Part shown: one piece after another, positions 8,394-16,910 of the stretch | Numbering within the stretch: the first letter of the stretch is position 1 | Layout: every line of letters starts with the position of its first letter | NCBI GenBank assembly: GCA_964389675.1 | Contig: CAYMEV010000016.1 | Coordinates: forward strand, 62,001-84,644 | Direction of reading: 5' to 3' | Length of the DNA stretch: 22,644 nucleotides | Origin: an uncultured Candidatus Sumerlaeota bacterium | GTDB lineage: Bacteria; CAYMEV01 | Notes under the pieces: model-generated | Databases searched by the model: none | What the model was told of the DNA's origin: nothing | Seen by the model: only the letters and a program-made list of their open reading frames with translations | Made by a program: the position numbers and the translations under genes

Positions 8394-11201
8394 CTAAAAC
8401 CTTGTTCCAATGGTAAATTGAAGTATGGTATCCGATGTGGTTTTCCGCAGGTTGAATTTCTTAATATAGCTCCATGTAAGAAGAACACCCTGAATAGGGA
8501 CATTTATGGCATATCCTATTGAGCTCTTTATATCCTTGAACTCCAGGGAACCATTAGGCCTGTGGAAAAGATCGAGTTCTGATGTATCATCCCATGCAAC
8601 CCCCATATCCCAGAAAAATGTCCCCTGGATATATGGGAAATGAAGTCCAAAGGCAAAAGCAATAAGGTCTATGAGGGGAAATCTCCATTCAATGTTTATC
8701 AGTCCGTATTTTGTCCCGTAAAACTCAGATATCTTATATCCGCGCAGAGTATTATTGCCAAGGAATGTATCTGCTCCTCCCAGGTAAAAAAGCCTTGGCT
8801 TATCACCTGAAGAATAACCCCCGGATACTCTGAATGCAAAAAGATTTCTCCTGGAAAATGGCAGGTAAAACCTTGAATCCAGGACTGCAGTAAAACTGTC
8901 TTCAAATATATCTCCAATTTTGGGGGCATACATTAATGAAAGGCTGGCCCTGTAGCCCCTGTAGGGACCGAATATATTGTAGAGGGTCTTATCAGTGACA
9001 AAAGCTGCTTTGGTATATATAAGCTGGGATTCAGCATCCCCCAGATTAAGGTATTCATATATCGGCTGTTTAGCATTCTCATATCCAACTGAAACCTCAA
9101 CTCTTGAAAACAATGAGAAGGGATAGGATACAATTCCCTCAAATCCCCAGAATTTATCGATCATATACCTGTTGCCATCACTTCCCGGCACATAATTGAC
9201 ATAATTATTATAATATAAGACACTGCCGTAATTAAGCCTGTTTTTCAGATTACTGTAATATAGGATTGCATTTGCATAATTTCCGAATTGCTGATAGATA
9301 CCTGTAATATTATTATCACCAAGTATATCTGAAAAACTTAGGACAGTCTGGCCAACAATAAGGCCGTCAGAGCGGTATGCTGCCGCAACATTGATAGTAT
9401 CCACATAGAATTTGGTTTTCAGTCTGTTTTTATCCGAGTCGGAAAAACCATCAAATCCCAGGTCTACATCATATTGATATGCTTCAGCTTCACCCAGTTC
9501 AATTGTCTCGAAGTACTCCATATCATCATAGCTGAATATGAAAAGATTATTCCTCTGGCCTTCATAACCTGTAAACACTATTTTTGAAGGCTCACTGTCA
9601 ATATCATAAATAACTTTCGGGGTAAAACAGCCTGTGGTAATATTGGATATCCTGTATACAGTATTTTCATCGATCTTATAGATATAAAGGTCACTTATAT
9701 CATCCTTTCTGTCACTTGCAAAGATTATGGAATGCTTCCCCTTTATATAATGTGGCTGTATGCAGTTTCCTTCCCAGCTTATAAGGACCTTTTCCTCTTT
9801 TGTCTGAAGATTCAGCTCAATAAGCCTGAAATACCCTTCCCTGTAGGATGAAAAATAAAGATATCTGCCATCACTGCTCAAGGCAGGATCTTTATCAAAA
9901 TATCTGCTGTCAGTCAGGTTTGAATAGACACCGGTTTCAGAATTCAGCTCGTAAATATTTGTCAAGCCACCTTTATTTCCTGCAAAGACCAGCCTTTTTG
10001 AATCCGGGAAAAAGCATGGAGTCTTCACATTATGTATATCCAGGTCGAATCTTTTACTTATTGCTTTTGTGAGGACATCAAGAATATAGAGCCTGTATTT
10101 CCCTTCCCATTTGGCACTGAACGCAATTTTTTCTCCATCAGGGCTCCAGCTGATCGCAGAGCCCTCTGTTGAAAGCCAGAGATAATCATCAAAATCCTTT
10201 CCTTTGGTCAGGTTGAAGATATCCTCGTCTTCTTCAACATTCAGTATCCTTATCCCGAGGAACATGGATGCATTTGTCAGATATGCCAGCATCAAACCGC
10301 TGGGTGAAGGCTCAGGAGAAAAGCTGGATACGCCAGGTCTGCTCTCTCCAAATCTTTTTGAGTAATCATAAGGGTCATATCTGTTTGTTAAATACCCGTA
10401 TTCCTCTTCTTTAAGATGTTTGCGCCATATCCTGTCCAGCTCATCAATGTCTATATCAAGGCTCTCCTCCACAAACTTAGGAAAATCCTTTGTCTTTTGC
10501 TTGGATGCCTCGAATATAAGCGCTCTTAAACCCTCAATGCCAAACTCATCCTCAATAAATCCAACTATCGAAGCACCATATACATAAGCCTCAAAAAAAC
10601 TTTCACCAAAATCCTTTATCCGCGGTATTATATTCTTATACAAAGCATCCCTGAGATACATTTTCCTCTGTGAATCCCATTGATCCGCCATGTGCACGGA
10701 TAATCCCTCATCAAACCACAGAGGCATCCTGGAGATTATCATCGCTATTGACCTGTAGTAAATGCTGAATTCGAAAATATGGTTTATTTCATGGATAATT
10801 ACCTGTTTAAGGTTTTCCAATGGCTCATCCAGCGGTATAACCACTCTAAAGTTGAAAGGCTCAGCAAAACCCCTTACTCCTTCCGGTATAAAGCCTGCAT
10901 ATATATTTGTCTGTTGAAAATCATCACTGTTAAGGTAGAATATAATCGGTATTTTTTCTGTCAACTGGTGCTTGTAGGCCGAGCTCAAATCATTATATGC
11001 CTGTTCACATACTTCTTTAAGATAGGCGACATATATCTCCATCCCACTATACCAGTGGATTGTAAAATGCTCTGTCTCAGCAAAATACCATTCAAGTTCA
11101 TTATATACGACCTTATTCTTTCCGAAGTTCTGCGCACTTGCAATAATGCTGAAACAGACCACAATAATAGCAGCTAAAAATATTTTATATTTGTTTCTCA
11201 T
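8394..11201 (-). CDS. Omp85-superfamily outer membrane protein with N-terminal gluzincin (peptidase MA-like) domain and PD40/TolB-like beta-propeller
   Basis: The signal peptide ends ASA-QNFGKNKV. The zinc motif is HEINH (aa137-141) plus WFDEG (E165). PD40-type repeats are SPEPSPSG, SWSPDGEKIAF, PCFFPDSKRLVF and PALSSDGRYLYFSS. The C-terminal barrel has LRGY (aa819-822), FWDMG and a terminal beta-signal LQFTIGTRF. Confidence 0.85.
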   Translation of the reverse strand: MRNKYKIFLAAIIVVCFSIIASAQNFGKNKVVYNELEWYFAETEHFTIHWYSGMEIYVAYLKEVCEQAYNDLSSAYKHQLTEKIPIIFYLNSDDFQQTNIYAGFIPEGVRGFAEPFNFRVVIPLDEPLENLKQVIIHEINHIFEFSIYYRSIAMIISRMPLWFDEGLSVHMADQWDSQRKMYLRDALYKNIIPRIKDFGESFFEAYVYGASIVGFIEDEFGIEGLRALIFEASKQKTKDFPKFVEESLDIDIDELDRIWRKHLKEEEYGYLTNRYDPYDYSKRFGESRPGVSSFSPEPSPSGLMLAYLTNASMFLGIRILNVEEDEDIFNLTKGKDFDDYLWLSTEGSAISWSPDGEKIAFSAKWEGKYRLYILDVLTKAISKRFDLDIHNVKTPCFFPDSKRLVFAGNKGGLTNIYELNSETGVYSNLTDSRYFDKDPALSSDGRYLYFSSYREGYFRLIELNLQTKEEKVLISWEGNCIQPHYIKGKHSIIFASDRKDDISDLYIYKIDENTVYRISNITTGCFTPKVIYDIDSEPSKIVFTGYEGQRNNLFIFSYDDMEYFETIELGEAEAYQYDVDLGFDGFSDSDKNRLKTKFYVDTINVAAAYRSDGLIVGQTVLSFSDILGDNNITGIYQQFGNYANAILYYSNLKNRLNYGSVLYYNNYVNYVPGSDGNRYMIDKFWGFEGIVSYPFSLFSRVEVSVGYENAKQPIYEYLNLGDAESQLIYTKAAFVTDKTLYNIFGPYRGYRASLSLMYAPKIGDIFEDSFTAVLDSRFYLPFSRRNLFAFRVSGGYSSGDKPRLFYLGGADTFLGNNTLRGYKISEFYGTKYGLINIEWRFPLIDLIAFAFGLHFPYIQGTFFWDMGVAWDDTSELDLFHRPNGSLEFKDIKSSIGYAINVPIQGVLLTWSYIKKFNLRKTTSDTILQFTIGTRF

Positions 11202-11211
11202 CAGCCTTCCC

Positions 11212-11904
11212 TTAATCTAATATATACTTGGAGGTTTCCACCTTCTTGGGTATAAAAACATCCACTATGCCGTCAATCATTGAGGGAATCAGCTGCCAGA
11301 AGCCGTATACCTGCCTCTGGTACTCCTCCTCAACAATAAGATTGTCTGTTTTGGTTTCCTCTTTGATATACTTGTCCTCATAGGAAGAATATATCCTGTA
11401 ATCCAGATTGACAATGAACTTTCTTCTTCTTACCCAGATGTTGTAGGTAATATATCTTCCGTATCTTGAATCATATTCTCGTTTTCTGTCATAACTTGAA
11501 GCGTCAAGTGTATTAAATTCTATCCTGCCTGAAATAATATATTCAATATCATAAGCACTTGATATCTGCCTTATGACATCCAGGCTGACATCCTCTTCAT
11601 CCTGGCTGAAATAAGTGCTGTATATTTCTTTTGAGGTATTCAGGTCAGTAATATTGTAATCACCATTTTTGGTCAGCCTTTTATAGAGCTCGTTTGAAAA
11701 ATCATCAGAGCCGGCCATGTAGACATCCTTGGCAGAACTGATATTATTGAAACTGAAAGGCAGTATAAGCACTGCATCAGTCTTTTTAAGCTTCACCAGT
11801 GGCGTTTTCTCAAGCTCTATAAGTATCTTTGACTGGCTGCATCCAGCCATGAAGGCAAGCATGAAAATCAGATAAAATAATAAATAAGAGTATCTTTTAT
11901 TCAT
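11212..11904 (-). CDS. Uncharacterised lipoprotein, CsgG/LpoB/TolB-N-like fold predicted
   Basis: The lipobox is MAG-C. The pattern VLILPF...FSNELYKRL...IRQISSAYDIEYIISGRI...VNLDYRIY resembles the CsgG/HfaB/LpoB alpha/beta fold. It lies 2 nt from the upstream gene and 10 nt from the downstream gene. Confidence 0.6.
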   Translation of the reverse strand: MNKRYSYLLFYLIFMLAFMAGCSQSKILIELEKTPLVKLKKTDAVLILPFSFNNISSAKDVYMAGSDDFSNELYKRLTKNGDYNITDLNTSKEIYSTYFSQDEEDVSLDVIRQISSAYDIEYIISGRIEFNTLDASSYDRKREYDSRYGRYITYNIWVRRRKFIVNLDYRIYSSYEDKYIKEETKTDNLIVEEEYQRQVYGFWQLIPSMIDGIVDVFIPKKVETSKYILD

Positions 11905-11906
11905 TT

Positions 11907-12233
11907 CTATAACTCTACCGTTTCTTTCAATGAATTTATATTGGCCAGTATCACAGTGTTTTTCGAGATTGCATATGCCTTCTCATAGTACTCCAAAGCC
12001 TCTTTATAATGCCCTAAGGCTTCGAAGCATATTGCAATATTATTCAGGGCTGATTCGTTCTGACCGTCTATTTCAATCGTTTTTTCAAACCAGAATATAG
12101 CATCCTGGAACATTTTGTTCTCAAGGCATTTAATCCCGATATCATTGATCCTGTCAGTCTTCTCTGAAAATCTCATGGTTGAGCATGAAGCAAGAAGGAC
12201 CAGGCATAAAATATATAAGATTAACTTTCTCAT
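11907..12233 (-). CDS. Small TPR lipoprotein
   Basis: The lipobox is LAS-C. There are two TPR units (GIKCLENKMFQDAIFWFEKTIEID and ALNNIAICFEALGHYKEALEYYEKA). SD AGGGGA lies 5 nt upstream. Confidence 0.85.
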   Translation of the reverse strand: MRKLILYILCLVLLASCSTMRFSEKTDRINDIGIKCLENKMFQDAIFWFEKTIEIDGQNESALNNIAICFEALGHYKEALEYYEKAYAISKNTVILANINSLKETVEL

Positions 12234-12387
12234 ATTTATCCCCTACTTTATACTACTTATAATGAATATACAAAATTTCAGAAACAATGTTACATTTTTT
12301 TATTCTAATTGAATTTTAAATATTTTACAGGTTTTTTCAATAAAATTGAAATGCAAAAGACAGGAAGTATATATATATGAGTCCTAT

Positions 12388-12438
12388 AAAAAAAGCCATA
12401 TAAGAGGTGCCTGCAAATAGACTGCTTAGCACCCCTTA
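12388..12438 (-). terminator. Probable intrinsic terminator after rpsR
   Basis: On the - strand UAAGGGGUGC pairs with GCACCUCUUA (10 bp, one G-U), with an inner GCAG/UUGC stem. A U7 tract (12388-12394) follows 6 nt later. The hairpin begins 9 nt after the rpsR stop. Confidence 0.55.
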
Positions 12439-12447
12439 ATTTATATA

Positions 12448-12687
12448 CTAATCAGGAGTGTATTGAAGCAAAGCAGCATTGCGGGCCAGTTTCATCTCTC
12501 TGGCCAGTTCTCTCTGGTGCTTTGCACATGTCCCGGTCATTCTGCGCGGATATATTCTCTTCCTTTCAGATAAGAAATCCTTTAATAGCTCAACATTCTT
12601 ATAATCGATAAAAAGTGTTTTATCAGCACAAAATCTGCAAAATCTCTTTTTCCTTGGAAATTTTTTATATGGTATGTTTGTCTTCAA
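12448..12687 (-). CDS. rpsR: 30S ribosomal protein S18 (zinc-binding C+ type)
   Basis: Motifs are RKKRFCRFC, IDYKNVELLKDFLSERKRIYPRRMTGTCAKHQR and ARNAALL. I placed the start at TTG 12687 behind SD GAGGAGG. ATG 12702 is an alternative, and the ORF-track start at 12723 is unlikely. Confidence 0.96.
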   Translation of the reverse strand: MKTNIPYKKFPRKKRFCRFCADKTLFIDYKNVELLKDFLSERKRIYPRRMTGTCAKHQRELAREMKLARNAALLQYTPD

Positions 12688-12688
12688 T

Positions 12689-13111
12689 TTACTCCTCCTC
12701 ATAACCAATATAATCTGAGTCACTCAGTTTTTCAATCTGGTCACTGCTCTTATCAATTGAATCTCTTGATCTTAGATTCCTGGATTTTTTGTCTAAAAAT
12801 TGTATATGTGATGCAACAATATCGTGTTTAGACCTTTTATCCCCATCCGGGCCTATCCATGTCTGGTATCTTAAACGCCCTTCCACAAGCACAAGGCTTC
12901 CCTTGATGAGATTCTCCCCGCTGTTCTCCCCCAGCTTGCCCCAGACAGTAACATCGATATATGCAACATCTTCAAACCATTCATTCTTTTTCTTGTAACG
13001 GTGGTTTGTTGCAATCCTGAACTCACATACCGGACTCCCACTGTTGGTGCTTCTTAACTGTGGATCGGATGTCAGATTTCCCAGTATAAATACCTTATTC
13101 AGACTCGCCAT
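12689..13111 (-). CDS. ssb: Single-stranded DNA-binding protein (atypical C-terminus)
   Basis: The OB-fold segments are [38 protein letters not shown] and IVASHIQFL. It sits in the rpsF-ssb-rpsR order. Confidence 0.95.
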   Translation of the reverse strand: MASLNKVFILGNLTSDPQLRSTNSGSPVCEFRIATNHRYKKKNEWFEDVAYIDVTVWGKLGENSGENLIKGSLVLVEGRLRYQTWIGPDGDKRSKHDIVASHIQFLDKKSRNLRSRDSIDKSSDQIEKLSDSDYIGYEEE

Positions 13112-13502
13112 AATCCGATTTATTTACCTCCTTAGCATCGTGAATGTCCCCTTCATCTAATTCCTGACTGTTTTCGTCCGCATCAGGCTTTTCTTCGATC
13201 TTTTCCGGTATCTTTCTTTCCTTTTCAATCTTTATAATTGATCTTAAAACATCCTCATCAATCTGAAACTCCTGCTGGATTTTCTTTATGCTTTCCGGCT
13301 GTATATCAAATATCAGGAAAGCATAATAGGCTTTCTTGTGGTTCTTTATCTGATAAGCAAGCTGTCTCAAGCCCCAGAAATCCTCTCTGATAAACAATGC
13401 ACCATCCTTTTCAAGAGTCTGTTTTATGCTGTCAATTTTTGCCTGGAAGCCTTCATCACCCATCTCAGGCTGTAAAATAAGACATATCTCGTACCTTCTC
13501 AA
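13095..13502 (-). CDS. rpsF: 30S ribosomal protein S6 with acidic C-terminal extension
   Basis: Motifs are [23 protein letters not shown]...AYY and [10 protein letters not shown]. It has a TTG start with SD GGGAGGT at 13511-13517 and overlaps ssb by 17 nt. Confidence 0.96.
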   Translation of the reverse strand: MRRYEICLILQPEMGDEGFQAKIDSIKQTLEKDGALFIREDFWGLRQLAYQIKNHKKAYYAFLIFDIQPESIKKIQQEFQIDEDVLRSIIKIEKERKIPEKIEEKPDADENSQELDEGDIHDAKEVNKSDYGESE

Positions 13503-13524
13503 TTCAAATTACCTCCCTAAAATT

Positions 13525-15597
13525 TTATAATCCTATATTTTTTAATATTGGTGCTATCAATAAAGAAACAACCCCCATTAATTTAATGAGGATATTCATT
13601 GATGGTCCTGCAGTATCCTTGAACGGATCCCCTACTGTATCACCGACAACAGCTGCTTCATGGGCTGAAGAACCTTTGCCGCCGAGGTTTCCCTGTTCAA
13701 TGAATTTCTTTGCATTATCCCATGCTCCGCCGGCATTTGCCATAAATAATGCCAGCAAAACACCTGACAATGTGGCTCCTGCGAGCAATCCGCCCAGCGT
13801 CTGCGATCCCAGAACAAATCCTACAAAGATAGGTGCTATTACTGCAACTGATCCAGGTACAATCATTTGTGTGAGGGCTGCTTTTGTGCTTATGCTGATG
13901 CATTTTTCATAATCAGGCTTTGATTTGCCCTCCATCAGCCCGACTATATCCCTGAATTGCCTCCTGACCTCATCTACCATGCTTGAAGCAGCCTTTCCTA
14001 CAGCATTCATTGTTGAAGAAGCAATAAAGAAAGGCAGTATACCCCCAAGGAACAATCCGACAATTACCTTAGGATTAGTGAGGTCAATAATAATCTCAGA
14101 TCCCACTGATTTAACATAAGCGCTGAATAAAGCCAGTGCAGTAAGTGCAGCTGAACCTATTGCAAATCCCTTTCCCATAGCAGCTGTTGTATTGCCAAGG
14201 CTGTCAAGCTTGTCTGTGATCTTCCTGACATCTTCCCCAAGGCCTGACATTTCAGATATTCCTCCGGCATTGTCTGCAATGGGCCCGTATGCATCAACTG
14301 ACATCGTGATTCCAATAGTGGCCAGCATTGATATGGCTGCTATTCCTATTCCATAGAGCCCTGCAGAATAATAAGAAACCATAATTATAACTGCAATTGT
14401 TATCATTGGCATAACAACTGATTCGAAACCAATTGCAAGTCCAGATATAATATTTGTAGCGCTGCCTGTCTGGCTTGCTTTTGCTATCTTTTTTATTGGA
14501 TTTCCGGAGGTATAATATTCAGTTATAAGCCCTATGGCACTGCCCCCTGCGAGACCGAACAGGACAGGAACAAACAGGAGAAGATTCCTTACATCAAAAA
14601 ACCCGGTTATAAGGGTAATGCTGAAAAAAGCCAGCAGAAGATAGATCCCGCCTGCAATATAGGTGCTGTATCTCAGTGCTAAATGAGGCTCCTTATCCTT
14701 CAGAAACTCCATGAACCTTATCCCCAATATGGACGCTATCAGCCCAACCATGATCAATACTATCGGAAGGCTCATAAAAGCTACCGGGTGACCTATGGGA
14801 ACTGAGGTATTTTCTGATGGATGAATGGTTGCCGCTATAGCCATTGTTGCAACAACAGAACCAACATAAGACTCGAACAGATCTGCACCCATGCCAGCCA
14901 CATCTCCGACATTATCTCCTACATTGTCTGCTATTACTGCAGGATTCCTGGGATCATCCTCAGGTATCTTGGCTTCGATCTTTCCGACGAGGTCAGCTCC
15001 AACATCTGCAGCCTTTGTATAAATACCTCCTCCAACCCTTGCAAAAAGTGCAATTGAACTGGCTCCCATTGCAAACCCTGTAATCACCTTTATAAAATCC
15101 GTTGTATAAATAAACAGCTCTGAAGGAAGTTCAGGGTCTCCTGTAAATATTATATAAAAGTACAGTATCCCAAGCCCTAATAAGCCGAGGCTTGCAACAG
15201 ACAAACCCATTATACTGCCTCCATCAAAAGCCATTTTAAGTGCTCCTCCAGGATTGTTTTCTTTAGCTTTCTGTGTTGTCCTGACATTTGCAATCGTTGC
15301 TGACTTCATTCCAAAAAAGCCTGCTGACATTGAAGCAAGAGCTCCAAACAAAAATGCTATTGCAGACCAGAATCCGACAAAAAGAAAAAGAAGGATAAGG
15401 ATTATGGCTATAAATATGGACAAGACAGAATATTCCTTTTTTAGAAAAACCATTGCCCCTTTATGGATAAGGCTTGATATATCCTGCATCTGCTGGGATT
15501 CAATAGAAATTCCCTGAATACTTCTGAAAGTCCTGAATGCAAAGAATAAACCTGCAAAGGCAATCAAAGGAGCAAAAAAGCTAAAGAACTGTCCCAT
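13525..15597 (-). CDS. hppA: Membrane-bound K+-dependent, probably Na+-translocating, pyrophosphatase
   Basis: Motifs are [61 protein letters not shown] and [17 protein letters not shown] has Ala, the K+-dependent type. DLFESY places the helix-6 Glu as in Na+-PPases. Confidence 0.96.
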   Translation of the reverse strand: MGQFFSFFAPLIAFAGLFFAFRTFRSIQGISIESQQMQDISSLIHKGAMVFLKKEYSVLSIFIAIILILLFLFVGFWSAIAFLFGALASMSAGFFGMKSATIANVRTTQKAKENNPGGALKMAFDGGSIMGLSVASLGLLGLGILYFYIIFTGDPELPSELFIYTTDFIKVITGFAMGASSIALFARVGGGIYTKAADVGADLVGKIEAKIPEDDPRNPAVIADNVGDNVGDVAGMGADLFESYVGSVVATMAIAATIHPSENTSVPIGHPVAFMSLPIVLIMVGLIASILGIRFMEFLKDKEPHLALRYSTYIAGGIYLLLAFFSITLITGFFDVRNLLLFVPVLFGLAGGSAIGLITEYYTSGNPIKKIAKASQTGSATNIISGLAIGFESVVMPMITIAVIIMVSYYSAGLYGIGIAAISMLATIGITMSVDAYGPIADNAGGISEMSGLGEDVRKITDKLDSLGNTTAAMGKGFAIGSAALTALALFSAYVKSVGSEIIIDLTNPKVIVGLFLGGILPFFIASSTMNAVGKAASSMVDEVRRQFRDIVGLMEGKSKPDYEKCISISTKAALTQMIVPGSVAVIAPIFVGFVLGSQTLGGLLAGATLSGVLLALFMANAGGAWDNAKKFIEQGNLGGKGSSAHEAAVVGDTVGDPFKDTAGPSMNILIKLMGVVSLLIAPILKNIGL

Positions 15598-15627
15598 CTC
15601 TTTCTCCTTTCAATCAATATTAATATA

Positions 15628-16194
15628 TTAAATCAAGCTGACCCTGTTGTAGAGGTTAGCCGCTCTGCTGATCCCATTGTGTATTAATACATCAACAGAT
15701 TCAGCTGTTCTTTTTAGCAAAAATTCCAATTTCTCAGATTCGGCTGTTCCAAACCTGTCCAGCACATAATCAGCAGGGTCCATGCCCTCTGGAGGCTTTG
15801 AAATCCCTACCCTGCATCTCATAAACAGGTTTTCAGGAATTAGCCCGCTAATGCTCTCAATTCCCTTATGTCCGCCACTTCCCTTGTTCATACTGTATTT
15901 GATGTATCCAAATTCAATATCCATATCATCGTGTATAATCAGGATTTTATCCCATATGGCCTTTTGCTTCTCAAAAAAATAACCAAGGGACTCACCGCTT
16001 CTGTTCATATATAATGAAGGCTTTAGCAGGCATAGATCTCTTAATGACCATTGTTTATAATATTTATTTTCGTGGAAGCTATATCTGCTATTTGAGAATT
16101 TCCTGTAACAATCCAGAATAAGATATCCGATATTATGCCTTGTCCCTTCATATCTGGCACCAGGATTACCCAAACCTACTATTAAAAATGACAC
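15628..16194 (-). CDS. pth: Peptidyl-tRNA hydrolase
   Basis: Motifs are LIVGLGNPG..YEGTRHNIG, LKPSLYMNRSG, IIHDDMD, GSGGHKG, RCRVGI and DYVL. It has a GTG start and follows rplY. Confidence 0.95.
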   Translation of the reverse strand: MSFLIVGLGNPGARYEGTRHNIGYLILDCYRKFSNSRYSFHENKYYKQWSLRDLCLLKPSLYMNRSGESLGYFFEKQKAIWDKILIIHDDMDIEFGYIKYSMNKGSGGHKGIESISGLIPENLFMRCRVGISKPPEGMDPADYVLDRFGTAESEKLEFLLKRTAESVDVLIHNGISRAANLYNRVSLI

Positions 16195-16216
16195 GACTGC
16201 AGATTACCGGCAAAAG

Positions 16217-16834
16217 CTATTCCTTAACCTCTTCATCAAGAGAAAGAGGCTCGAGAAGCATCCCTCCGCCCTTACCTGTTTTCCTTCTTAAAGTACATAT
16301 AACCTTCTCCGGGACGTCGGAAAATATCATTCCTTCTGGAAGTTTCATGTCTTTTCCATATATTACATCATTTATCTGCATATCGGATACATCAATTGCT
16401 ATATAGGGAGGAATTTTTTCTGCACGAACCTTTACATAGATTCTGTCCATATAAACCCTGATGTTGTTATTCTTTATATGATCAAGATAAAAGCCTTTAT
16501 ACCTTAAAGGAACCTGAACCCTGACATAATCTTTTTCTTCTATCCCAATAAAATCGACATGAATAACACTTCTTGTAACAGGATGTATCTGATAGTCCTT
16601 CAAAATGCAGTAATGCCTTATTCTTCCATCTGATTTCATGATCAGTCTAAAAACTGTATTTTCACCAGCTTTGGATGCTTTACGGAGAAATTCCTTCTTA
16701 TCCAACGATATTGCCAAAGGTTTAATCTTTTTGCCATAAACAACACCCAAAAGCCCGCCACTGTTCCGCATATCCTTGTTTTCTCTTTTGTTCAGTTTAG
16801 TTCTTTCTTCAACCATAAGCTCCAATGCTTCCAT
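16217..16834 (-). CDS. rplY: 50S ribosomal protein L25 (long CTC/TL5 type)
   Basis: Motifs are R..G.LLGVVYG, ILKDYQIHPV...IHVDF and IPPYIAIDVSDM...KDMKLPEG. The start is corrected to ATG 16834 (MEALEL), which has a perfect AGGAGG 6 nt upstream. The track's extension to 17056 overlaps prs. Confidence 0.93.
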   Translation of the reverse strand: MEALELMVEERTKLNKRENKDMRNSGGLLGVVYGKKIKPLAISLDKKEFLRKASKAGENTVFRLIMKSDGRIRHYCILKDYQIHPVTRSVIHVDFIGIEEKDYVRVQVPLRYKGFYLDHIKNNNIRVYMDRIYVKVRAEKIPPYIAIDVSDMQINDVIYGKDMKLPEGMIFSDVPEKVICTLRRKTGKGGGMLLEPLSLDEEVKE

Positions 16835-16910
16835 AAGTATCCTCCTAAATGCACTTGGTAAAGTAAAGCTTTTATCTAAAAATAAAAAATATGCAAGAAA
16901 AAAGTAATAT

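Noticed and set aside
8394..11201. Calling this gene bamA, tamA or tolB
   Set aside because: It has no POTRA domains, and the peptidase-propeller-barrel architecture fits none of these genes.
13586..15517. Series of + strand ORFs antisense to hppA, and other short shadow ORFs across the window (for example 6257-6748, 10779-11177, 2680-2955)
   Set aside because: They lie entirely opposite or within well-supported genes, show no recognisable motifs, and are explained by codon bias of the real gene.
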